In this document: positions 29,528 to 44,075 of the stretch, one piece after another
Layout of the letters: the number at the start of each line of letters is the position of its first letter
How positions within the stretch are numbered: the stretch's first letter is position 1
From: Eledone cirrhosa
Lineage: Eukaryota
Reading direction: 5' to 3'
DNA: 64,000 nucleotides
NCBI GenBank assembly: GCA_964016885.1
Contig: OZ024742.1
Span: forward strand, 123,814,001-123,878,000
The notes under the pieces: model-generated
The model's input: the letters and a program-made list of their open reading frames with translations, nothing else
Databases searched by the model: none
What the model was told of the DNA's origin: nothing
Translations under genes and position numbers: made by a program

Positions 29528-30068
29528 GCAACCACGCAGTATTCTTGTCTCTTATCATGTTTTTGTCTGCGTTTGTCTGTTTCTCTCTTACTGCTTCCCC
29601 GTTCTCTCTGTTGCTCTCACCTTCTTTCGCCCCCTCTGTCAGTTACACTTTCTCTCGACTGACCTCTTCCTCGCACTTCCACTCACTCACTCTCTGTTTC
29701 TCCCCTTCTCACTTCCTCCCGTTTGGCTAGTAGTGAGTTATATTCTTGCTCACATCTCACTCACGTCGGACGGTCTGTATCTTGATCGCTCATGAAATCC
29801 ACACAGTTATGCTAACTGGGTAACCATGTTGCTTGTTTATTCCTATCTTTGCGTTGCTTTCATCCTTCTATGTTGTTTACTTGTCTCACTCGCTTTACGC
29901 GATTTATTTGTCCCAATAGCTTTTTTTAGTTATTGCTCGCACCAACCTGAGGTATATGATTTTTAATGCGACGAAATTTCAATGATGGTTGGCAAATCAC
30001 TGACGAAGGAGTAATTTTATCATATGTAACCCACGTGCAACCACGCAGTATTCTTCTTTCTTCTCATG

Positions 30069-30070
<2 letters not shown>
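29528..30070. mobile_element. ~540-bp insert with 34-bp terminal direct repeats (pLTR or retrozyme monomer-like)
   Basis: gcaaccacgcagtattctt..tcatgtt at 29528 and 30037; flanked by (TA)n. Confidence 0.6.
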
Positions 30071-30121
<51 letters not shown>

Positions 30122-30130
30122 TAGATAGAT

Positions 30131-30172
<42 letters not shown>

Positions 30173-30174
30173 CT

Positions 30175-30223
<49 letters not shown>

Positions 30224-30354
30224 TATATAGATAGGTATATATATATATATATATATATATAGGTATATATATATATATATATATATAGGTATATATATAT
30301 ATATATATAGGTATATATATATATATATATATATATAGGTATATATATATATAT

Positions 30355-30415
<61 letters not shown>

Positions 30416-30464
30416 TATATATATATATATATAGGTATATATATATATAGGTATATATATATAT

Positions 30465-30505
<41 letters not shown>

Positions 30506-30524
30506 TATATATATATATATATAT

Positions 30525-30808
<284 letters not shown>

Positions 30809-30950
30809 ATATATATATATATATATGTAGGAGGTGAGTTTTATTGTAGTACAATAAAGCAATGCAGATATCGCATAAGAAGCACTCAACAGTTTGTAGG
30901 ACTGGAGTATACGTAATATAAGATCAAAAGATGGTTAAAGGAGTTCCATG

Positions 30951-31019
30951 TATTTTATTATGCGCATTTCAAAAACAAACATCATCATGCAATAATATTT
31001 GTGTTTTCATCAGATAAAA
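30951..31019 (-). ncRNA. Type I hammerhead, left arm of the palindrome
   Basis: Reverse complement of 31159-31229. Confidence 0.8.
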
Positions 31020-31158
31020 CAGGAGAACATGATATGAAGGCCAAAAAACACTTGTGGATAGTGCAGTTTTAAATCAACATATGTTGATTTAAAACTGATA
31101 TGTTGATTTAAAACTGCACTATCCACAAGTGTTTTTTAGCCTTCATATCATGTTTTCC

Positions 31159-31229
31159 TATTTTATCTGATGAAAACACAAATATTATTGCATGATGATG
31201 TTTGTTTTTGAAATGCGCATAATAAAATA
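31159..31229 (+). ncRNA. Type I hammerhead, right arm of the palindrome
   Basis: tattttat-CTGATGA-aaacacaaata..tgtttgttttt-GAAA tgcgca TA-ataaaata. Confidence 0.85.
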
Positions 31230-31264
31230 CATGGAACTCCTTTAACCATCTTTTGATCTTATAT

Positions 31265-31366
<102 letters not shown>

Positions 31367-31414
31367 ATATAAGATCAAAAGATGGTTAAAGGAGTTCCAT
31401 GTATATATATATAT

Positions 31415-31512
<98 letters not shown>

Positions 31513-31531
31513 ATACATATATATATATATA

Positions 31532-31614
<83 letters not shown>

Positions 31615-31681
31615 AGATCAAAAGATGGTTAAAGGAGTTCCATGTATATATATATATAGGTATATATATATATATATATAT

Positions 31682-31829
<148 letters not shown>

Positions 31830-31845
31830 ATATATATATATAGAT

Positions 31846-31947
<102 letters not shown>

Positions 31948-32079
31948 ATCTATATATATATATATATATAGATAGGTATATATATATATATATATAGATA
32001 GGTATATATATATATATATAGATAGATAGGTATATATATATATATATAGATAGATAGGTATATATATATATATATATAC

Positions 32080-32248
32080 ATAACGAAGGAAATGTGGTAA
32101 GGAACCAGGTGGACCATAACGCACCAAAGTACTCAATACTTGAGGTAGTAGAGTGGGTAATAGGAACCAGTAGGACCCCGACAGCTGAGCTCAAGCCGTT
32201 CCGTCGAAACGGCTTGAGCTCAGCTGTCGGGGTCCTACTGGTTCCTAT
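32080..32248 (+). mobile_element. Hairpin-family element (copy 3)
   Basis: Near-perfect hairpin taggaaccagtaggaccccgacagctgagctcaagccgtt..aacggcttgagctcagctgtcggggtcctactggttccta. Confidence 0.8.
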
Positions 32249-32271
32249 ATATATACATATATATATCCCAG

Positions 32272-35200
32272 GAATAAGAGAATCAGTGCTGCGACGAAAA
32301 TAATTTATTGGACATATTACAATTATTTCTCGGGCAATCAATTCGAGGCACGACTGATGTGATGATCAAACCTGACTCTGAAATCGCGCGGCGCCGAATA
32401 CGTCTCGATTCTACGAAGCAGAGTTTCCTATTGTCCTTTAACGTCAAATTTCCTCGTTTGTTGATTTAGATCCTCTTGTTGTCATTCCATGAGCGGTCAA
32501 GAATTCTACACGTCATCGGTATTTCTAGCCACTCATGATTGTCCACTGTTTAGTTCTTCTCCTTCTCCACATGTCAATCAACATTTCTTCATATATCCCA
32601 ATTACCACTCTGGTGGGAGGGGGGCTGTAATCTTGAACAGCTGGCACCACTTCGACGTCTTCATTGTCGGTAGGCGCCAACGGTCAGGTACACACCCGCA
32701 AGTATGCCGTATGCGGCAGTTTGTGTAAATAATGTTTGGAGGGAATTTTAAAAAAACGAATGATAGGGATATTTAGCATAACATTTCTAGGACACAGCCT
32801 TAGAATACCCTCCACCATACATGTTTCAAAAAGAAGAAGAAAAAGAAAAAAACGTGTATTAAGAACGCTTTTAAATGAAAGCTTGCAACAACCTTTCAAA
32901 TACAAAGGCTGTATCAAATGTGTTTACAACAAATACACCCAAGTGTACACTGACACACTGGATTCAGGGAAGCGCGCATAGCCAAGACGCCGCACATATA
33001 TAGACAGATGAAAAAAGAAAAATCGTTAGATAGTCATCCATACCCCACGCAGATATGCTCACACAAATACATCGACCCAGGCATGCGCACAGACGTGCTC
33101 ATGTATGTCTGTGTGGACACACATACATACATGCACCCACGCACGCCCTCACCGTAGGCATATACTTGATGAGTATCCCCTCATCCGTCGTCACACGCGC
33201 AGCTGTGCAGATGGTGCACACAGTATTATATGAGACAACGCTTATTTGGCTTTGAGCCAACCCGATCACGTGGAGGTATGAGTTCGAAGGTGCCTGCACA
33301 ATATGGTATATAAGGCAGCACAATATCCTTGCACTAATCACATATAGCTTGGGTGGCACATCTATAAGGCAGCATAACGCATAGACAGATGAGGGAGCAC
33401 GGAAACCCTAGGGACCACAACACATATGGACCGAACAGTAGTAACACCACGGACCAGGATGGGCAATCCATAGATAGTGAAGTAGATAACACAGCATGGA
33501 GCTTTAGGTGTAAATACCATGACTAAGTATATCAGCAATGATACGCTAGGATACTCGGATAGCAGGACAGGGACAAAAAATAGGACTAGCAAACATGCCC
33601 AGAACAACATAGTGAGCGACGGCCTGTCCTCAGATTAAGTAATAGTTCTATGCATACGGATAGAATGGGGGATCAATTAGGAGTAGGGCTTAACCCGAGA
33701 GAACAGCATGACAATGCACGCACTACTAGTAGCAGACGACGAAATAGAAATAGATCTAGAAACTCAACATGGTTTAATGTACTTACTCGAAGCATGTACG
33801 CACTAACGGGCCAGGTCTCTTCTTCAGTGCATTGGACGAATGTTTCCCGGCTCCACACAGGTACCACAAAATATTCAACCGACACACCGTGAAGTTCTCA
33901 TTTTCCACGGCACCCAACATGGCAGACTACATGGCCAGGGCCAACAAGTTGAAATTGAGGACACCCCACGTGCACACCCATGAGGCACCAGACACGCCGG
34001 GGGCTGGGGGACAACACGCGGAAGTGCCTAATGGTTCTGGGGATGCTCCCGGGGGCAGAGCCGAGGCCGCGGAGGGCCCCATACCTGCCAACACTGACCA
34101 GCTGGTGGTGAACACTGAGTCCAACACTCCGCTGGAGCATCACTCGAGGACCGCTGAGAACCCAAATAAGACGCCAGGACCACGTAGGGGATTTACAAAA
34201 ATGATGCAACATGTAACTGCCGTGTTGGAGAGGAGTTCCCCCTGCGAGGAATGTGCCTGAATAAGGGAGTTGTCTACAGATGTGTGGTTACCACGCACAA
34301 CAATAGGCACATATAAACCGGAGCTGCATCCACGACTTTTAAATCAAGGATGTACAACCACAAGAGCTCGTTCAAGGACAGGAACAAGAGACACTCCACG
34401 GGATTGGCGGACCTAGTATCGAGACTCAAAGACAGTGGCATAGGATTTGACGTCAGCTGGAGTATTGCACACCATGCGAATGCGTACTCGGCTGCAGACA
34501 GGAAGTGCAAGTTATGCCTGTCCGAGGCTATAGACATAGTAAAACTTAAGGGCGCGCAGTCAACCTCAAGTCTGAAATCATCATAGCATGCAGCTACCAA
34601 CGTAAATGCACGCTCTCCGCCCTAGTGATACCGGATGGATCTAGGTAACGCACCACTGGCACCACAACACCAAGTGGCGCGCATGCACCGGACCACGATA
34701 GAACACTGCACACATATGGATGCATGACAGAACAAGCTGATAGCAAAGACAGATCTAACGATGCCTACCTCGTAGAACACCTTAATAGCACTACCACACC
34801 AATTTGCGGACGCCGACTCATTATAAGTAAGATTAGGTTTACAACTCCATGTGTGGTTTGAAATTTTGAAATTGTGAAATTTTTAAATTGTTGATTTCCG
34901 ATATTTGCTACTTTTAATTTGCTACTTGGATATTGGACATGATGCTGGTCTTAAGGTTAATGTCGCAGTTGATGTTCATTTTAATTCTAATTCTAATTTC
35001 AAATTATCATTTTGTCTTTGCATGCCGCTGATATACACACGCACACAACGTATGTCGCAGGCACATTACAATCATGCATACACTCCACGTGCATTCCATA
35101 TATACTCTTATGAAACTCATACCCTTTATATTCCATGTATACATCAACCCCATGCACACCTTTTATGAAATGAATGTTACACATATCCACAATATGTATA

Positions 35201-36698
35201 ACTTGTTTGTATACGAACGCACGTTCCACATCTATCCACAAGTCACGCGTCCTGCATCATGCGCAGCCCCCCCCCCCCCCCAACCCCCGGTGCCTTAGAT
35301 CACCAGCCCTCATGTATATTATAGAAACATTTGCACCACAGCCCCCAAGTATTGTATGCAACTTTACGCACTCCCCGATAGTGCCCGGACCCCCTCTGCA
35401 CCCTTTCATGTATGCATTCACTTTTTCCAACATTTTTTTTAATTTTATTTTATTTAATTTCATTTTATTATTGTATATTATTTCATAATTATATTATAAC
35501 ATGTTATGTATGTACAGGCATTTTTATATATATGTGCCACCAAAGCTATATGTGATTAGTGCAGGGATATTGTGCTGCCTTAGCATTTATGCATATTGTT
35601 CAGTCACCTTCGGACTCGTGATCGGGTTGGGTCAAAGCCTCATAAGCGTTGTCTCATATAATACTGTGTGCACCATCTGCACAGCTGCGCGTGTGAAGAC
35701 GGATGTGGGGATACTCATCAAGTATATTCCTGCGGTGTGGGCGACGCGGGTGCATGTAGTATGTGTGTCCACACAGATATGAATGCGCACATGTATGCGC
35801 ATACCTGGGTCGATGTATTTGTGTGAGCATGTCTGCGTGGGGGTATGGATGACTATCTATCGATTTTTCTTTTTTCATCTGTCTATATATGTGCGGCGTC
35901 TTGGCTATGCGCGCTTCCCTGAATCCAGTGTGTCAGTGTAGACTTGGGTGTATTTGTTGTAAACACATTTGACACAGCCTTTGTATTTGAAAGGTTTTTG
36001 CAAGGTTTAATTTAAAAACGTTCTTCATACACGTTTTGTTCTTTTTCTTCTTCTTTTTGAAACATGTATGGTGGAGGGTATTCTAAGGCTGTGTCCTAGA
36101 AATGTTATGCTAAATATCCCTATCATTTGTTTTTTTAAAATTCCCTCCAAACATTATTTACACAAACTGCCGCATACGGCATACTTGCGGGTGTGTACCT
36201 GACCGTTGGCGCCTAGCGACAATGAAGACGTCGAAGTGGTGCCAGCTGTTCAAGATTACAGCCCCCCTCCCACCACAGTAGTAATTGGGATATATGAAGA
36301 AATGTTGATTGACATGTGGAGAAGGAGAAGAACTAAACAGTGGGCAATCATGAGTGGCTAGAAATACCGATGACGTGTAGAATTCTTGACAGCTCATGGA
36401 ATGTCAACAACAGGATCTAAATCAACAAACGAAGAAATTTGACGTTAAAGGACAATAGGAAACTCTGCTTCGTAGAATCGAGACGTATCCGAGAACCGCT
36501 CGATTTAAGAGTCAGGTAAAATCACCACATCGATCGTACCTCGAGCTGGTCGCCTGAGAAACAATTGAAATATGTCCAATAAATTCCTTTCGTCGTAAAC
36601 ACTGATTCTCTTATTTCGGTGATATCATACTCTGCTCCATGACGGCATTGAGTGCTCAAACGGCCTACCGTATACGGACGCTTTAAGCATCCAACACC

Positions 36699-36700
<2 letters not shown>
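32272..36700 (+). mobile_element. 5'-truncated Penelope-like element with ~1.09-kb inverted pseudo-LTRs (32272-33361 / 35532-36617)
   Basis: Arms are diverged reverse complements enclosing PLE coding remnants; flanked by (TA)n. Confidence 0.9.
33650..34625 (+). pseudogene. PLE linker + CxC + GIY-YIG endonuclease (Hydra-clade-like), with frameshifts and stops
   Basis: RNRSRNSTWFN; HRYHKIFNRHTVKFSFSTAPNM; TCNCRVGEEFPLRGMCLNKGVVYRC; TFKSRMYNHKSSF; CKLCLSE. Confidence 0.88.
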
Positions 36701-36734
<34 letters not shown>

Positions 36735-36853
36735 TATATATGGATATTTCAAAATGAAGTAACGGAGTCAGAAACTCGCGTTAGTCCCTGTAATTTATGA
36801 GCTCAAATGAAAAAGTATCCCAGACTCTTCAAATATAATATAGAGAAGAAAAG

Positions 36854-36899
<46 letters not shown>

Positions 36900-36906
<7 letters not shown>

Positions 36907-37880
36907 ATACTTGGGGAGGGTCTTATTATTATAATAATATTGCCAGAGTTAATAACAGAACACACTCAACGGTCAAAAATATAATATAGAAACCAGCACA
37001 TATACATAGTCTAACAAAGTGCTTTCGTTGCACATCGGATAAATTGTAAAACTAGAAACGTAGTCTATAGCATAAGGTGTACATAGGGTACTTGCAGAAA
37101 CATTACAACTTACATAGGCGAGACATCTCCTAGCATAGGTGAAAGGGTAGACCAATACTGTGGGGAACTAAAAGGAGGAAAAACGGTACAGTACTATATG
37201 AACTCGCCAGACAACAACATGACGGTAACATAGACAACATAGAAATTAAAATAATATATAAACATAGAAATGGCCCAGCAGATAGGCAAATCAGCGAGGC
37301 AAGTGAAATAGAACTTAGAAGGCCAAATCTAAACAGAAAAAATGAATGGAATAACAACACCCAAACAAACAATACTGACCTAAGAGTATTATAAATAAAT
37401 AAATAAATATATACACAAGCACAATAACAACAAACACATGTAAACACACACTAGTAAACTAAGAGAGATACGATAACCAAAACACAGTCACACAAACGCG
37501 AACACACACCAAACACTATACAGACACGCACACGCCTGCGCAGAGAAGAATACAGAAATAAATAAATAAACATATTAAATAAAGATGGCGTAGACATACA
37601 TTACAACAGAAGGAAACATAATAGCACCACTGACGATGTTGCAGATGTGCAACGAAAGAACTTTGTTAGACTATATATATGTGTTTGAGTCTATATTATA
37701 TCTGTATTTTTGACCGTTAGTCAGTCAATGGTAACATTGAGGACCGAATAAATTAACTGATATAAAAGATACAGAGGCGAAAACGAACCAGACAGTGAGT
37801 GTGTTCTGGTATTAATTCTGGCTATATTATTACACAAATATGACCCTCCCCAAGTATAACAATATTTGTTTCGACACACG
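36900..37880 (+). mobile_element. Non-coding PLE 3' end with inverted termini (36900-37033 / 37640-37865), same family as the 5320-6420 element
   Basis: attgttatacttggggagggtc vs gaccctccccaagtataacaat; similar terminus at 5320 and 6388. Confidence 0.75.
37625..37670 (+). ncRNA. Hammerhead core with degraded stem I
   Basis: CTGACGA-t gttgca gatg tgcaac-GAAA gaac TT-tgtt; same stem III as the 5466 HHR. Confidence 0.6.
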
Positions 37881-37944
37881 ATTCCATATCAAAAACCTCG
37901 CAAAACAAATTATATATATATAATTATATATATATATATATATA

Positions 37945-37981
<37 letters not shown>

Positions 37982-38391
37982 GGAAAAAAATGAAACGAAA
38001 TTTCATTTCTCACTATTAGTACGGCTGTTACATACTTATATATATATATATATATATATACACAATGAAAACTGAGAAGAATGGCTTCACTGGTGGTTGG
38101 TATTCTTTGTTAGTTGAAATATTTGAACTATGAAAGTATACGCACCAGTGACATCACTCTTCACCTCAAATACATATTACCGTACCAAAAACTTCCTTCA
38201 TTTTCTGATATATACATATATATATATATATATCTATATATATATATATAAACACACACTAGTAAACTAAGAGAGATACAATAAATGTTAAAGCATGGCG
38301 TCCGACTCTCTACCGATACTGCCAATACACCGCCTTCATATATATAAGGTTTATTATCGAACTATTGATTGGGTTCAATCACCAATAATCT

Positions 38392-38600
<209 letters not shown>

Positions 38601-39456
38601 CTACTAGTTGTAATTTTACCACATAATCAGAAGGTTTTGCAAATTTAAATCCCTTTGCCGCTTACGTTTATGATTTCTACGATTTTAATCTAAATATATC
38701 TGTTTTTACCCAGTCACGTACATTGATACTGATACGCCGAGATTTACAAATTCATTGTAATTTGCGATTGGACTTCTGGAGATTTAATAGCAATCCTAGG
38801 ATATCCGTACGTCAGTGACTCACGATTTTGTACTTTTATTTATTTGTTATTCTATACCTACATAATGTATTTTGAAATTGGTTTGTATATCTTGGAATGA
38901 TATTTGTTTGATTTTGTCTGTTTTAGACGCATTAGTTCAAACATATAAATCGTCTTCATACTTCAAACCTTGTGAGGGAATTTAACATTGCTATATTTGT
39001 TTCTTTTAGCCTATTCTCATATATGTCGTTATCATATGCCAATCATTAGAAGTAGAAAATTAATGCTACCGGAATTCATTTAGCTTGGTACTCTTAACCA
39101 AACTATTGCACTCTTGCGGAGATGTGATGTAATTCAATCGAAATCCGAGCTTACATTTATAGAGTAGTAGTGCATACAAGCACGGATACATACACGTTTG
39201 TATGTGTATACATGTCTGTGTGTATATATATATATACACCCCCCCCCCCCACACACACAAACGCATACACACATATATATATATATATATATAATAAGTT
39301 TCAATTTATACATATATAATGCATATTGATTAAGTTACTCAACAAACCAAGCTCAATTAACAATTTATACAGAGCATTATACAAATTCAAACGATATACA
39401 AACAATTGTCTTTCATATATCTAGTTGAGAAAGATCTAATACCATGTACATAGATA

Positions 39457-39646
39457 TAATTGTTTCTACTTTTGGCACAAAGCCACCAATTAGCCCGTAC
39501 ATTACTGGTACTTTATTTTATCGACCCCGTAAGGATGAAAGGCAAAGTTAACCTCAGTGGGATTTGAACTCAGAATTGAAAGGGCCGTAACTCTATGCGT
39601 CAAAGCATGGCGTCCGACTCTCTACCGATACTGCCAATACACCGCC
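39457..39646 (-). mobile_element. SINE family A, full length
   Basis: Minus: A-box tggcagtatcgg, B-box gagttcaaatcc, tail gtgccaaaagtagaaacaatt. Confidence 0.9.
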
Positions 39647-40388
39647 TTCATATATATAAGGTTTATTATCGAACTATTGATTGGGTTCAATCACCAATAA
39701 TCTATCATATTAACAAACATTATCAAGACCATGGACTCTCAATCATCAGAAAGTATTAAGGTCTTATCTTCCAGAAAGACTATACCACATGGCCGGATAG
39801 ATTAAATCCATACATATAAAACGTATATTGATTAAGTCACTCATCAATTTAAATCCCGAACATATCATTTATATAAGCTCAATGAAACATGATCTAGTTG
39901 AGAAATGAGTACATACATATAATTGTTTTTTCTTTAGGCACACGGCCAGCAAATTAACCAGTGCATTACTGGTATATAATAAGGAGAGATACCTACAGGA
40001 AGAATGAATAGAACCAAGAAATTACCAGCAGTTCACTATATATGTCTCTCACTGACCAATAACTAACGATATTCCTCAAGTTAGATGATCGAATAAAAGC
40101 TCGTGGTTTCTAAAATAACTTCACACCGAGGGCAGATATTCTATGACTCGTCTTAATTAGTGCTAAAAACAGCAGTCAAAAACTGTCACTTTAAGACAAC
40201 TCTACAAATTAAATATTTGGCGTAGTAATACTATAAGTTTAAATCTATGCATACATATATAATGTATATTGATTACTTTACTGTGATTAAACTCAATCGC
40301 AAGATCGATTATAAATATTATAGTTTTGAAATGGTCGTTTAAGTAAACTTCACACAATCTTGAGTTGATTCTTTCTAAACGTATGTAG

Positions 40389-40582
40389 AGCGGTGGATTG
40401 GGAGTATCGGTAGAGGATCGGACACCATGCTTTGACGCATAGAGTTACGGCCCTTGTCATTCTGAGTTCAAATCCCGCCGAGGTTAACCTTGCCTTTCAT
40501 CCTTACGGGGGTGGATAAAATAAAGTACCAGTAACGTACTGGGATAATTACTGGCCTAGTGCCAAAAGTAGAAACAATTATT
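40389..40582 (+). mobile_element. SINE family A, full length
   Basis: gcggtggattgggagtatcggtag..gagttcaaatcccgccgaggttaacc..gccaaaagtagaaacaattatt. Confidence 0.9.
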
Positions 40583-40707
40583 ATGATTATATATATGTAC
40601 ATGGTACAAGTTGTTTCTTTCTCAACTAGATATATGAGAGAGAATTTTGTGTATATGTTTTGTGTAAAGGGTTTGCGCTCTGCTGTCGGAGGAGTCCTGA
40701 TTCTGTT

Positions 40708-40751
<44 letters not shown>

Positions 40752-40769
40752 TAGATAGATAGATAGATA

Positions 40770-40958
40770 GATAGGAACAGGACTCCGACAGCAAGCTCAA
40801 ACCGTTTCTACGGCTATTTCTGGACTGAAATAGCCGTCGAAATTGCTCGAACTCTGCCGTCGGTGTCCTAACTCTTTTCTTATTACCTACTCTACTACCC
40901 AAAGTATCGAGTACTCCGTTATGGTCTACCTGGTTCCTTACCACACCTCCTTCCTTAT
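40770..40958 (-). mobile_element. Hairpin-family element (copy 4)
   Basis: Same hairpin loop (acggctatttc tggact gaaatagccgt) as the 13085 copy. Confidence 0.8.
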
Positions 40959-41078
40959 ATATATATAAAGGGATATTTAATTTGTTGCTAATTCAACAAA
41001 TATACATATCTATCCAGGAAAAACTTGAACTGTTAAGTTCTCCTTCCTGGATAAGTCAATATTTATAAAACAAACTTT

Positions 41079-41141
41079 GTATTTTATCTGATGAGAGCGC
41101 ACCAAAGTTTTGGTACCCTTGAAATATATATAATAGAATAC
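41079..41141 (+). ncRNA. Type I hammerhead in a ~215-bp (TA)n-flanked insert
   Basis: gtattttat-CTGATGA-..accaaa g ttttggt..-GAAA tatata TA-atagaatac. Confidence 0.82.
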
Positions 41142-41179
41142 ATATGGTTTTATAAATATAGTTTCTATTGATTAACATC

Positions 41180-41233
<54 letters not shown>

Positions 41234-41494
41234 TAAACCATGTCTATAGAATCACAAGATAAAATATATACTATTTCCTGTCCCAATTAGCATAATTAAC
41301 TATATAAAAAATCGAATAGACCAGGCTATACGAATGAGGCTTCTTAAGCAATCTCCAACAAATAACCAAAACTAGCGCTTCGCGTCGGCCGTAGTGGAAT
41401 ATTTATCGAATATTTCGACAGCGTAATCGCCTAGATACAGTCAACTAAGCAGACTTAGGTTTAAAATAAACTAATATATATATATATTTATATA

Positions 41495-41526
<32 letters not shown>

Positions 41527-42159
41527 CATATATATATCATCACATTGGAGCTGTACAGCTAGCATGTACTGCGGTACATGTTCTGTTTAGCCGTACTTAA
41601 AGTATTCACCCTTCCAATATTGCTTTAAATATAGATGATTTCTATTTCTGCATACCATGTGTGATGAAATAAAAAATTTGTCAATATGCGGGTGAACTCA
41701 TACATATAGACTTGCCGTTACTTTAGGTGATGAATATATATCAGCTATCTCAATATCCGTGTGAAGCATGTATTTTGGAAATTAATCATTTCTCTATTAG
41801 CCGACTCTTACGCACTACTAGATATTTAGTTAACTGAAACAAACAACTTTTTATATAGCATTTTTAACTAATATAATGTTGTTGAGAGCTCTGTTACATT
41901 ATAGTGCAGGCTAGAACTTCCATTGCTAATTAACGATGTTTATTATATAGAGTGAGTTTGAGAATAAAGATATATCTGTACACACATACATGTGCATGTA
42001 TGTATATTATCTGTCGGATCAAATAAACAAGTCTGAATATATAACGCGTATCTTTTTGTTTTCTTCGGTAACATATTAAGAGGAAAGAAAGCTATTTACT
42101 TTTAAATATCCTTTTTTGTTATTTTGTAAAATGTCATTATCAGTACTATCAACTCAATA

Positions 42160-42470
42160 CTACCAATAGTAGTGAGCAAGGATGAGGTCCGGGGACCAAG
42201 AATACCGAATGTCTCCATTGCGAAACGTTCGACCACAAACCTATCGTAGGGCGACCTATATTTCAATGGTTTGCACTCGTCCTCCTTACTCATAGCGAAA
42301 CTTTGTTTAGTCAGCAAATGCATCTGGTGGCCTTTGGGCAAGTTATCACAGCATGTAACATCCCAGATGAGAGGTTTACTACCACAGGATGGGAAAATTA
42401 TTATGTCGCTGGCTTGAGGTGGGAAGGGAAGCCTGTCACCCTCGAGCCAAGCTGTATAATCCTGCTATTA
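42160..42470 (-). pseudogene. CRE-clade LINE restriction-like endonuclease fragment
   Basis: GKPLIWDVTCCDNL and KYRS..FAMETFGILGPRTSSLLTTIG. Confidence 0.75.
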
Positions 42471-43849
42471 GCAGTAAGGCTTGTGTAGCTCCCGCCTCTA
42501 TAACACCATTCTAGTAGATAGAGGAAAGTTTGTTAAATTCCTGAGATATCTATGTATATTTTGGTTATTCTTAACTGTGTATTGTACGTCTCTACTCCTC
42601 TGTCTTTCTCTTACACATGTACACACACACACACACACACACACACCTGCACGCTCCACGGTTTAAATCACCATAACTTGTGCGTCATAATTATTTTGTC
42701 TCACATATTCCTTTATCTGTTTCAACTGTCCATTTTAAAGTGAGATAATTTGCATTTGATTCCGTGTTTCTATACATCTTGGTGTATTTCAGTCAGATGC
42801 AAATATGTAAAGAGTTAATTGGTAGTTTGTTTACTAGTATTGTTAAAGATATGCCGTAATGATTTGGAACAATGGTTGGAGGTACAATTTAACTACACCT
42901 AAATCATTATTTAACATTGTGTAGCAGCTTTTCTTATACAATTTACAAGTTGTAATGTCACTCTTCACCCGAATACTTATTTTATGTTAAATGCAGACAA
43001 AACTATTTTTCGTAAATCTTGACCGAATTGTATATTTAGTAATTGCTGCAGGTGATTAATTTTCATTTATAATAAAAAAAAACAACGAATAAATACATAT
43101 TTATTCATTATCTTCATTAATGTGATAAATGATGACAATTGTTAATCTTTCGACAAGTTATTCATCACAGAATGATTAACCCCCACTGATTGTAGAAAAT
43201 ATAGTAATGATTTATTGAATTAAAATATATACAATAGAATACTGAACTAGACCCGTGTATTTGTTTCCCTAGAATACTACTTCCACAATATGCGTTTATA
43301 TGTAATTGCATTTTACAACCCATCGCAAACCTGTTATTTCATTGAGAATTCATATAACTGATATCAATTTTAAATAAAATACATACATTCTCAGTTTGAG
43401 TAAGTAAATTTCATAAAAGTGGATATGTTTACTGGATATACTGCCTCATATTTCATAACAATAATTTCTATTTTGAAAATGGTATAATATAAATAACGAT
43501 TTATATGTCAGGGCTGCGAAATATATTCCAAGGCTTTAGTCTGTTTTTATCAGTACAGCAAAGCTTGTGATGGATCTTTGCCGTTTCTAATATGTTCACA
43601 TTGTGTACCGGACTTTTCGATATCGTGTTGCTCAAGGTCTTATTTATTTTAAAAATAATTGATGGCATCAGTTATGTTACTATTTATTTGTTTCTTTTTT
43701 CTCTATGTTGTGTATATGAGTAATGCGTATGGATATATTCATGTATTTGTAAATTATGTCTAAAACTTACAAACGGGATAGCTTCTATTTTTAGATTTCA
43801 CTTTCTGGATTTCTCCTTTTGAGATTTTTATATTTGGATAATTCATGTA

Positions 43850-44075
43850 TTTACGGAAACCAGTTCAAGATACTCACTACAATTTTCCCCAAAACGTTTA
43901 CGATTTGCAGGACATTACTGCAGAATAAAGCACAAAGTTATTCACAAGATAGTATTGTGGGAACCAAATCACGGCATACGAGATAGAGGAAGACTTGCTT
44001 GAATCTTCATAAATCAACTTCATAAATCATAGTCAGGAATGTTTGACTATGGTCGCAATGATGATGATGATGATT
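43850..44075 (+). pseudogene. LINE 3' end (RTE-type), decayed, with (GAT)n tail
   Basis: KRLRFAGHYCR..IVLWEPNHGIRDRGR. Confidence 0.72.

Noticed and set aside
39457-40582. tRNA genes suggested by A/B boxes
   Set aside because: The boxes continue into a dispersed SINE body; no full cloverleaf
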